Source: an uncultured archaeon (GTDB lineage Archaea; Asgardarchaeota; Lokiarchaeia; Sigyniarchaeales; SOKP01). Taken from it: a stretch of 17,841 nucleotides of DNA. The position numbers and the translations under genes were made by a program. The notes below the pieces were generated by a model, which saw nothing but the letters and a program-made list of their open reading frames with translations, did no database searches and was not told the DNA's origin. Within the stretch, counting starts at the first letter, position 1. Each line of letters starts with the position of its first letter. Of the stretch, positions 1-7,789 are shown in pieces. The stretch is taken from contig CAYLZE010000107.1 of assembly GCA_964388035.1 (NCBI GenBank), positions 1 to 17,841 on the forward strand. The letters are read 5' to 3'.

Positions 1-295
1 CCCCCATGCTATGTCCATGTAAAATGATTTTTTGATCTCCAATTATCTTTGAGAGGACTTCCTCAAGATATTGAGTTAATCGTTTTAAATCATAGGACTC
101 CGATTCTGGTTTGTCACTTAATCCATGTCCTAAGTGATCAATTGCTATTACTCTATGACTTTTAGAAAAATATTCTACGAAATCTTCGTACAACCAAGAA
201 CTTCCTAAGAACCCATGTATGTATACAAGGTTTTTGCCTTTTCCATTATCCAAATAATGGATGTAATAACCATTATCTAGTTTTATTTTTGGAAT
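1..295 (-). CDS. Alpha/beta-fold hydrolase, N-terminal part (runs off the window start)
   Basis: Manual translation of the minus strand (not in the ORF track): IPKIKLDNGYYIHYLDNGKGKNLVYIHGFLGS...IAIDHLGHGLSDKP...ILHGHSMG. It has the HG oxyanion motif, D-x-x-G-H-G-x-S and the G-H-S-M-G nucleophile elbow. Start is uncertain: ATT at 295 with a GGAGG SD, or TTG at 253. In-frame TAG at 308-310. Confidence 0.9.
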   Translation of the reverse strand, partial: MPKIKLDNGYYIHYLDNGKGKNLVYIHGFLGSSWLYEDFVEYFSKSHRVIAIDHLGHGLSDKPESESYDLKRLTQYLEEVLSKIIGDQKIILHGHSMG

Positions 296-314
296 TTCTC
301 TCTCCTCCTATTTA

Positions 315-400
315 ATACATTTTTCTTACATTATTTTATTTAAATGTGAAACAATATAATAAGGGATACATTTAGATTCACCTCTTCTTATTTAAATGTG
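315..400. promoter_or_regulatory. Tandem repeated element in the divergent hydrolase/ilvD intergenic region (candidate operators)
   Basis: Exact 13-bp direct repeat TTATTTAAATGTG at 336-348 and 388-400. Each copy is preceded by ATACATTT (315-322, 366-373), forming ACATTT...AAATGT dyads. Confidence 0.4.
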
Positions 401-509
401 TTATTGTTACGTAAAAATTATAAAATAAATTAATAGAATCCTAAAGGAGTGTTTAATTTCTTTTTTATATTTATATATTCACTAATCATTGAAAAATGGC
501 GGTAAGTTC

Positions 510-2171
510 ATGAAAGAAGAAGAACTGGATCCATTACAAGCTTATGAGAGAGCATTACTACATGGGTGTGGATATTCTTATGAAGATTTATCAAAACCGA
601 GAATTGCAATCGTAAATTCTTGGAATGAGATAAATCCGGGTCATATCCATTTGCGAAAATTGAGTAAATGGGTCAAGGAAGGAATAAAAGAGAAAGGAGG
701 TACCCCAATGGAATTTAATACTATTGCAACCTGTGATGGAATAGCAAATTCCGGTAACTTTTCAAAATACGTTCTCCCTACCAGAGAAATCATTGCATCT
801 TCCGTAGAATGTACCATAAAAGCTTACAATTTTGATGGAATGGTGATGTTATGTTCTTGTGATAAAATTATTCCGGGCATGTTGCTTGCAGCAGCAAGAT
901 GCAATATTCCAACCATCTTTTTAACGGGTGGAATAATGGAACCGAAAACATTTACTGATGGCCCATTAAAAGGAAAGACATACGTGACTTGTGATATTAA
1001 AGAAGCGATAGGGCAATTTAAAGCAGGAAAACTTACACGCGAAGAATTCTTTTTAATTGAATCTCAAACTTGTTGGACCCCAGGAGCATGCAACATGATG
1101 GGAACAGCAAATACAATGGCATGTATCGTGGAAGCAATGGGCCTTTCCTTACCGGGATGCGCCACAATGAGCGCAGTTAGCGAACTTAGAGAGGAATTAA
1201 GCCGCGAAACGGGAAAAATTATTTTGAATTTGGTAGAAAATGACGTTCGTGCCTTAGATCTTATTACTCCTCGATCCATTGAAAACGCGATTAAAGTTGC
1301 ATTATCATTCGGCGGGTCTACAAATATGATTCTTCACATGTGTGCTTTATCTCATGAAATTGGAGGAGATTTAGATCATTTTGCCTTTGATATATTGAGT
1401 AGATCTATTCCCTTATTAGCAAAATTTAAACCTGCTTCGGAATACAACCTTTCGGAGTTTCATGAAGTGGGAGGAGTAGGAGCGCTCATGAAAAAATTAT
1501 CAAGTAAGTTAGATCTATCTACAAGAACTGTTCTCGAGATACAGCTTAAAGATTATCTGGAACTAATTAAAACCTCAGATTTTCAAATCATTAGAGATAT
1601 CAATGATCCAATTTCAAACGAAGGGGGGATCGCGGTGCTAAAAGGGAATTTAGCGCCTGAGGGTGCCATTATAAAACAAAGTGCGGTAAATCCGAAGATG
1701 AGGCACCATGTTGGTCCAGCAAGAGTATATGAAAGCGAAGAGGAAGTGAAAAATGCTCTACTTGGCGATGAAATAGTCAAAGGAGATGTCTTGGTAATCC
1801 GTTATGAAGGTCCGAAAGGCTCTCCTGGCATGAGAGAACTGTCCATTCCAGCAGCGATTCTTGTTGGTTTGGGATTGGGTGATTCGGTAGCTATGATTAC
1901 GGACGGAAGATATTCAGGTGCTACTAGAGGACCTTGTATTGGTCATGTATGCCCGGAAGCAAGTGAAGGAGGTCCTATTGCAATCGTTAAAGCAGGAGAT
2001 GAGATAGAAATAGATATTGAACGACGAAAGTTAAATCTGTTAATTTCTGATGAGGAAATTAAAAATCGATTATCGAGCTGGAAAAAACCAGAACCTAAAA
2101 TAACTAATGGTTATCTGAGTACCTATAAAAATATAGTAAGTTCAGCGAGATTTGGAGCTTATATAAAGTAG
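510..2171 (+). CDS. ilvD: Dihydroxy-acid dehydratase (IlvD/Edd family Fe-S dehydratase)
   Basis: Motifs NPGHIH, CDGIA, CDK, GACNMMGTANTM, GGSTN, GNLAP, RYEGPKGSPGMRE, TDGRYSG and GHVCPEA. ATG at 510 (GGCGGT upstream) is preferred over TTG at 489. Substrate not certain. Confidence 0.9.
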   Translation: MKEEELDPLQAYERALLHGCGYSYEDLSKPRIAIVNSWNEINPGHIHLRKLSKWVKEGIKEKGGTPMEFNTIATCDGIANSGNFSKYVLPTREIIASSVECTIKAYNFDGMVMLCSCDKIIPGMLLAAARCNIPTIFLTGGIMEPKTFTDGPLKGKTYVTCDIKEAIGQFKAGKLTREEFFLIESQTCWTPGACNMMGTANTMACIVEAMGLSLPGCATMSAVSELREELSRETGKIILNLVENDVRALDLITPRSIENAIKVALSFGGSTNMILHMCALSHEIGGDLDHFAFDILSRSIPLLAKFKPASEYNLSEFHEVGGVGALMKKLSSKLDLSTRTVLEIQLKDYLELIKTSDFQIIRDINDPISNEGGIAVLKGNLAPEGAIIKQSAVNPKMRHHVGPARVYESEEEVKNALLGDEIVKGDVLVIRYEGPKGSPGMRELSIPAAILVGLGLGDSVAMITDGRYSGATRGPCIGHVCPEASEGGPIAIVKAGDEIEIDIERRKLNLLISDEEIKNRLSSWKKPEPKITNGYLSTYKNIVSSARFGAYIK

Positions 2172-2184
2172 AACGAATCCTAAA

Positions 2185-3318
2185 ATGATAGATAAAGAAC
2201 GACTAAAAGAGAATCTTATTTCTTTTTCCTTTCCTCGTTTATCGGGGTCTGTGGGAGAGATTAAAGCTTGTGAAATGGCAAAAAGTAAAATAGAAAAGCT
2301 AGATTTAACCCCAAATGTACAACAGTTTGAATTCAGTACATTTTATTCAAGAATTTATCCCAAATTAGGCTTTACATCGGTCTCCTCGCTGCTTTTTATA
2401 TTTTATCTCAATATTGCTTCCATATTATTCGCGATCATCATATCCCTAATTTTAATAATAATGCTATTATGTTTTCTTTTCACCAGAAAACCCCATAAAA
2501 TTAGATTTGGCAAGATTTTAAAATCTTATAATATCTATGTTAGATTACCAGAAAAAGATCATGCCAATGTTTCGGAGAAAAAAATTCTATTCTTTTGCCA
2601 TTTGGATTCAAAAAGTCAGAAAATTACGATTTTAGTTCGAATTAATGCAATACGGCTCTGGTTGTATTCTACAACCATCCTTTCTATCATAATCGTTTTA
2701 AAGAATTATATATTCCTACATTTTACTTTTCAACTATATATAGTCGGTATTTTTCCTTTAGTATTAAACCTGATTTCGATGAGTATATTATTATTAAATA
2801 CTACTGGTGATAAATCAATGGGGGCTATTGATAATGCTTCTGGCATTGCAATCGTATTAGAACTCTTAAGTTACTATAAAGCAGATAAAAATCGGTCCAA
2901 AAATTATGAAATGTGGTTTGTTTTTACCGGAGCAGAAGAATCTGGAACAATGGGAATTAGATTTTTTAATGAAATAATTAAAAATTTTGATAGAAAAAAT
3001 TCCTTGATTATTAACTTTGATGCCATTGCTCAGAGTGTATGCTTATTTGCAAGCAAAAGGACAAGAAAGAGGAATACAGATTTCTTTGAGAAATTTATAA
3101 GAGAAGGACAAAAATTGAAAATGATTAGAGAGATTAGGTATAAGACTTTAGGTGCTCATTCAGATGGGTATTATCTCAAAACTCAAAAATTTATGGGGGC
3201 GGGTTTCGGCGATTTATTGACTTATCAATATGTGCATTCAGATAAAGATACTCCCGATAAAGTGGATTTTTCCATCTTAAAAGGACTTTGTGAATTAATC
3301 ACACGCGTACTTAACTAA
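2185..3318 (+). CDS. M28-family zinc peptidase with inserted transmembrane segments (paralog A)
   Basis: Metal-ligand motifs HLDS, GAIDNASG, GAEE, NFD, HSD and HSDKDT. Two long hydrophobic blocks (about aa 60-100 and 155-205). Starts 13 nt after the ilvD stop. Confidence 0.88.
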   Translation: MIDKERLKENLISFSFPRLSGSVGEIKACEMAKSKIEKLDLTPNVQQFEFSTFYSRIYPKLGFTSVSSLLFIFYLNIASILFAIIISLILIIMLLCFLFTRKPHKIRFGKILKSYNIYVRLPEKDHANVSEKKILFFCHLDSKSQKITILVRINAIRLWLYSTTILSIIIVLKNYIFLHFTFQLYIVGIFPLVLNLISMSILLLNTTGDKSMGAIDNASGIAIVLELLSYYKADKNRSKNYEMWFVFTGAEESGTMGIRFFNEIIKNFDRKNSLIINFDAIAQSVCLFASKRTRKRNTDFFEKFIREGQKLKMIREIRYKTLGAHSDGYYLKTQKFMGAGFGDLLTYQYVHSDKDTPDKVDFSILKGLCELITRVLN

Positions 3319-3543
3319 TGAATGAGAAAGAATACGGATTTAGTGAGTAATTAATTAAAATTTGATTTATATATGAAATTTAATTAAAATGCATTGATTT
3401 TTAAAATTTATGGAGAATTATTTTATAATATTATATAGATTTTTTTCATGATTTCTTTCATGATTTTTATCATATTCTTAATTAAGAGGCACATTCTAAA
3501 AGAAAACGATTCAATTTTAAAGGAAAATAATACTTGAAAGGGC

Positions 3544-5112
3544 ATGGTTAAATTAGAAAGAGAAGATAATGAGATATTAAATAAAAAGACAGATTTAGGC
3601 TTGGTTTTAACCCCTCCAAAAACTGCAGAATATATCATATCAAGATTAGCTCCTTTTAGTAAAGAAGAAAAAGTTTTAGATCCTTGTGCAGGACCAGGAA
3701 TTTTTGTAAAAGCATTATTGAATACAGGAGTGGAAAAAAAGCATATCCATGCTTATGATATTAATCCCGTTTATAAAGAACTATATCATGAAATGGGGAT
3801 TAATTTTGAGGTAAAGGATTATTTATTATCTTATTCTCCATTTCAAGCCAATCAGTTTGATGTAATTCTTGGGAATCCTCCTTATTTAAATAAAGCAAGT
3901 TCCTATATAAGGAAGAATCGAAAAAATTTGAGGAAAATATACGGCAAAATTAATGCACATGAAACATATTCCATGTTTATTGTGAGCAGTATTTGGAGAT
4001 TAAAAAATCGAGGTCGATTAGGATTTATCACCAGTGACTCTTTTCTCACTCTTAAAACTCATGAAAAATTGAGAAAATTCTTATTATCGCATTGCAAAAT
4101 AAAAGAAATCTTATTAGCACCAAAAAATCTCTTTAATAACCAAAACGTGAATACTAATGCGGTTATTTTGATATTAGAAAAATGCGGAGGAAATGAATAT
4201 AGCAAAGAAAGATTAGAAAATATCATGAATATCGTTTCAAGAATAAATACCGAGGGAGAATATTATAATCCCATAAAGATTCATAAATTTCCTCAAAAAA
4301 GATACCATCTCCTTCCTTTTCATATATTTTTCATTGATTTAGAAATTGGTGTACTGGATTTATTCGAAAAATCGCACAAATTAAAAGACTTTATTCAGGG
4401 CTATATTGGAATGCACACGCACGACAATTTAAAGTACATCGCAGCAGTGGAAGGAACGGAATTAGCAAATATATTCAAAAAAAAAAATGCTAAAATTTTC
4501 AATGCAAATAAAGAGTACAAGATCATCAGCAGAGAACTTTTAGAGACAAAAGAATGGAAACCATATTTAAAACGTGGCGGAGGAGACCAATATTATAAGC
4601 CAATCATGGAAGCATTAGATTGGAATCCAACTTCGGTTTCTATTTACGATATTCCGAATAATGTTCCGTTTGAACGAGAAGGTATAATTATCAGCGGGGT
4701 AAGTTCTCGATTAGCCGCTCGATACATGCCAAAAGGGTGTTATTGGGATTCAAATAAAGCAATTGGGTGCATCATTAAGGACGATTCGTTCTCGATTAAA
4801 TATGCTTTAGGTCTATTAAATAGCTCTTTATACAATTATCTAATGAAAGGCATTATTAATAACACAAATAGTATTCAATTAACAGGGTTGCATGCTTTAC
4901 CAATTATCAAACCGGACACAGCAATAAAGCTAAGCATTGAAGAATTAGTTGCAGAAATTATTCAAGGATTGAGGAACGATTTAAATTATGATTATACACC
5001 ACAACAGAAGCAGATTGATGATATTATTTTTAAATACTATCTGGAAAAATTTAATCTTAGTGAAAATTTAAAAAAAGTGTTGGATAAGGAATTTTCCATT
5101 TATTCTAAATAA
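3544..5112 (+). CDS. N6-adenine DNA methyltransferase (gamma class, TaqI/Eco57I/PglX-like), no adjacent endonuclease
   Basis: Motif X TPP, motif I VLDPCAGPGIF, motif IV GNPPY, LKNRGRLGFIT, and a C-terminal target-recognition region with YALGLLNS...LPI. Confidence 0.92.
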   Translation: MVKLEREDNEILNKKTDLGLVLTPPKTAEYIISRLAPFSKEEKVLDPCAGPGIFVKALLNTGVEKKHIHAYDINPVYKELYHEMGINFEVKDYLLSYSPFQANQFDVILGNPPYLNKASSYIRKNRKNLRKIYGKINAHETYSMFIVSSIWRLKNRGRLGFITSDSFLTLKTHEKLRKFLLSHCKIKEILLAPKNLFNNQNVNTNAVILILEKCGGNEYSKERLENIMNIVSRINTEGEYYNPIKIHKFPQKRYHLLPFHIFFIDLEIGVLDLFEKSHKLKDFIQGYIGMHTHDNLKYIAAVEGTELANIFKKKNAKIFNANKEYKIISRELLETKEWKPYLKRGGGDQYYKPIMEALDWNPTSVSIYDIPNNVPFEREGIIISGVSSRLAARYMPKGCYWDSNKAIGCIIKDDSFSIKYALGLLNSSLYNYLMKGIINNTNSIQLTGLHALPIIKPDTAIKLSIEELVAEIIQGLRNDLNYDYTPQQKQIDDIIFKYYLEKFNLSENLKKVLDKEFSIYSK

Positions 5113-5120
5113 AAAAAAGG

Positions 5121-5183
5121 CAAGATTATTACTATTCAGGGTATTATAGTCAAGTTACACTTTACTATACTGAAAGATTCTTG
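5121..5183. terminator. Long imperfect hairpin between convergent genes (possible terminator or stability element)
   Basis: Nested arms CAAGA/TCTTG, TTCAG/CTGAA, TATAGT/ACTATA and AAGT/ACTT directly after the MTase stop, next to an A8 run. Confidence 0.3.
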
Positions 5184-5298
5184 TATTTGTGCACCAACGA
5201 TTTAATATAATCTTAAAAAAGGAGATAATTCTCCATCAAACAACGAGCAGTATTCAATAGAACTTTTTTTTAAAGATAAGAAAGAAAATACCAACCCT

Positions 5299-7146
5299 TT
5301 ATAATTTTTCTCCTTTTCTCTCTTTTTCATATTTTTCTCTTCTTTCTTTGAGATATTCAGGAATGGGAACATCCCACCAGCCAACTGCTGGAGATCCGGT
5401 GTAAGGGTATTCTCTTTGCACTTCAATTTCTATGACTGCTGGTTTATTTGCTTTGGCGGCCTTTTCTAAAGCAGGGATGATTTCATCTTTTTTTGATATT
5501 TTTTGACTATGACATCCAAATGCTTCTGCTATTTTAGCGAAATCAGGACTATATGTTGTTCCATTTTCATATGTGAAAGCCGTTCCATATCCTCTTTCTT
5601 CACCGAAGGCAGCTTGTTGGAGGTCCTTTATCGCAATCCATCCATGATTATTTAAAACTATAAAGAATATGTTTTTCAATTCTAATTGTACTGCCATGGA
5701 TAATTCTGAAATGGTCATCATGAAATCTCCATCCCCCACTAGAGCAACAACCTGTCTATCAGGCGTCCCCATATCGATAGAACCTAATTTAGCACCGATT
5801 GCGGCAGGCACACTATATCCCATGGTTGAAAACCCTCCTGCTGTTAAACAAGTTTTCGGTTCATAGAATTCTAATTCTTGTAACATTTGAGCTTGTACAT
5901 TCCCCGAACTGGTAACAATTATTGCATCCCTATCAAAAAATTTCCTTATCTCCCTTAGAACAGTAGAAATCATCACGGGTATTTTCGTATCATCCCGGTG
6001 CTTATCGAGGAATTCAAACCATTTCCTTTTTTCTTCTTGAATTTCCTTATAATATTCAGTATCTTCATAATTCTTAGAAAATCCTATTGCTTTCAGTTGA
6101 TCTATTATCTGTCTTAAGCACACTTTTGCATCTCCCACTATTCCCACTGAAACGGGATAATTCTTTCCTATTTCATTCGGATCGATGTCAATATGGATGA
6201 GCTTGGAAGGAGGTATCGAAAAACTTACACCCTTTTTATAAGAACTAGACGTTTCATCTGCAAACCTACAACCTACGGCAAGAATTACATCAGCATTTGA
6301 AGTCATCTTCAGCCCAACCGTGGTTCCTTTCGAACCACTTGCCCAACAAAAGAGGGAATGATCATTGGGAAATGCATCTTTTGCCATCATTGTAGTAACC
6401 ACGGCAGCTCCGATCATTTCAGCCAAGTCTTTTATTTCTGAAAATGCTTCTGCCGTCATTACTCCGCCTCCTAAAAATATTACAGGTCGTTTTGCAGTTC
6501 TAAGTAATTCAGCGGCCTCTTTAACCAGATTAGGATCCCCCAAAATTTTACCCGTAAATCTTCTATTTATTGGTTCGGGAATTTCTGTTTCAATTGCAGT
6601 AGCTTGCACATCCATTGGAAGATCAATATGGACAGGACCTCGGCGTCCTGACATCATTTGATTGAATGCACGTTGCATTATCGTGGGTAGTTGCTGAACA
6701 GAACTAACTTGCCAACTACGTTTTACTATTGGTTCTAATATTCGTGGCATGTCTGAATCTCCTCTTCTTTCAATCTCTTGAAGCACCCCCTTACCACGCA
6801 TGTGGACGTGAGTATCTCCCGTAATGACGAGAACGGGCATGGAATCTACATAGGCATCCGCTAGACCTATTGCTGTATTGATGGCACCAGGTCCAATAGA
6901 AGTAAAAACACATAATGGCTTGCCCGTGACACGGTAATATCCTACTGCAAGATGAACCCCTCCCATTTCTTGCTTTGGTTGTATTATACTTAATTTGTCT
7001 TTATTTTTATAAAACGCATCTACTAAAGGTAAACAGCCATGTCCTGGAATCCCTACTACTCGTTTAACTCCCTCTTTTATTAAATATTTAGCGATTATTT
7101 CACCGCCCGTTAATAAATTGCTCTCGTTATTATTTGATGACATCAT
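5299..7146 (-). CDS. Thiamine-diphosphate-dependent enzyme, acetolactate synthase/IolD-like
   Basis: GIPGHG, catalytic Glu in QPKQEMG, TSIGPGA, GPVHIDLP, IHIDID, and the ThDP motif GDGDF...NN. No ALS small subunit in the window. Confidence 0.9.
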   Translation of the reverse strand: MMSSNNNESNLLTGGEIIAKYLIKEGVKRVVGIPGHGCLPLVDAFYKNKDKLSIIQPKQEMGGVHLAVGYYRVTGKPLCVFTSIGPGAINTAIGLADAYVDSMPVLVITGDTHVHMRGKGVLQEIERRGDSDMPRILEPIVKRSWQVSSVQQLPTIMQRAFNQMMSGRRGPVHIDLPMDVQATAIETEIPEPINRRFTGKILGDPNLVKEAAELLRTAKRPVIFLGGGVMTAEAFSEIKDLAEMIGAAVVTTMMAKDAFPNDHSLFCWASGSKGTTVGLKMTSNADVILAVGCRFADETSSSYKKGVSFSIPPSKLIHIDIDPNEIGKNYPVSVGIVGDAKVCLRQIIDQLKAIGFSKNYEDTEYYKEIQEEKRKWFEFLDKHRDDTKIPVMISTVLREIRKFFDRDAIIVTSSGNVQAQMLQELEFYEPKTCLTAGGFSTMGYSVPAAIGAKLGSIDMGTPDRQVVALVGDGDFMMTISELSMAVQLELKNIFFIVLNNHGWIAIKDLQQAAFGEERGYGTAFTYENGTTYSPDFAKIAEAFGCHSQKISKKDEIIPALEKAAKANKPAVIEIEVQREYPYTGSPAVGWWDVPIPEYLKERREKYEKERKGEKL

Positions 7147-7187
7147 TGTTATAATATTAATAATGTTTTGTTTATAATTATAATAAT

Positions 7188-7216
7188 TTAAGATTAAATT
7201 AAATCCTTAATCTTAA
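7188..7216. promoter_or_regulatory. Perfect 10-bp inverted repeat upstream of the ThDP enzyme gene
   Basis: TTAAGATTAA-N9-TTAATCTTAA, 42-70 nt upstream of the start and just distal to a TATA-like TTATAATTATAA. An extra AATCTTAA half-site lies at 7225-7232. Confidence 0.4.
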
Positions 7217-7357
7217 TATTAATGAATCTTAAAAAGAAATCTTTTTATCTAAATAAATTTGCCTTTCCTTCCTTAAATAACGAACTTTTTGATATTTAAT
7301 TGAATTCAAGCTCCTCCTAAGAAAAAAAGTGGTTTAAAAACTTTAATGAATACTGCA

Positions 7358-7476
7358 ATGATGAGTGTTTGTATTAGACTCATCATGGAAGGATCAAGGT
7401 CCTAAGTTTATTTTCATTGGCTTTATAACAGGTTACATGAGCTTTTAATTAAATTAGCACACTCATGTGTTATAAA
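7358..7476. repeat. Cluster of related inverted repeats (ATGAG/CTCAT core)
   Basis: ATGATGAGT-N11-ACTCATCAT (7358-7386), and TTTATAAC-aggtt-ACATGAG...CTCATGT-GTTATAAA (7422-7476). Confidence 0.55.
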
Positions 7477-7511
7477 TACTTTTGTCGATATATCTAAAAT
7501 TAAAAAGAAAA

Positions 7512-7766
7512 ATGCAAAAAATGAATGAAGAACTCACTAATCAAGATTTTAATAAAATAGAGTTAAATAAACCTAATATATCACTATTTCATGATATCAT
7601 TAATGGAATTGAGGCGAGAGAGTTATTATTTATCGATATCTCAAGAATATCCATTCCTTTTTCAAGCTTTGCTAGAAAACCACCTGAAATTATCCCCTTA
7701 AACCGCAATGATTCGAATTTTAAGAAAATTTTAATTGAGGATTTGAAAGTTTTAAAAGAAGAATAG
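7512..7766 (+). CDS. Small hypothetical protein
   Basis: Open frame with protein-like composition that fills an otherwise empty gap. Possible starts: TTG 7482, ATG 7512 or ATG 7521. No recognisable motif. Confidence 0.6.
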   Translation: MQKMNEELTNQDFNKIELNKPNISLFHDIINGIEARELLFIDISRISIPFSSFARKPPEIIPLNRNDSNFKKILIEDLKVLKEE

Positions 7767-7789
7767 AATTCCATTCAATTAGGTTTTTT

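Noticed and set aside
3319-5298. Complete restriction-modification or BREX locus, or mobile element, around the MTase
   Set aside because: No endonuclease, brx gene, integrase, transposase or convincing terminal repeat is visible, and the flanking gaps are under 230 nt.
7358-7420. C/D-box sRNA or SECIS suggested by ATGATGA
   Set aside because: No CTGA D box at a suitable distance on either strand. The AUGA is Watson-Crick paired rather than in a GA quartet, and no nearby gene has an in-frame Sec UGA.
7147-7480. TPP riboswitch upstream of the ThDP enzyme
   Set aside because: The conserved CUGAGA and ACCUGA elements are not present on the coding strand.
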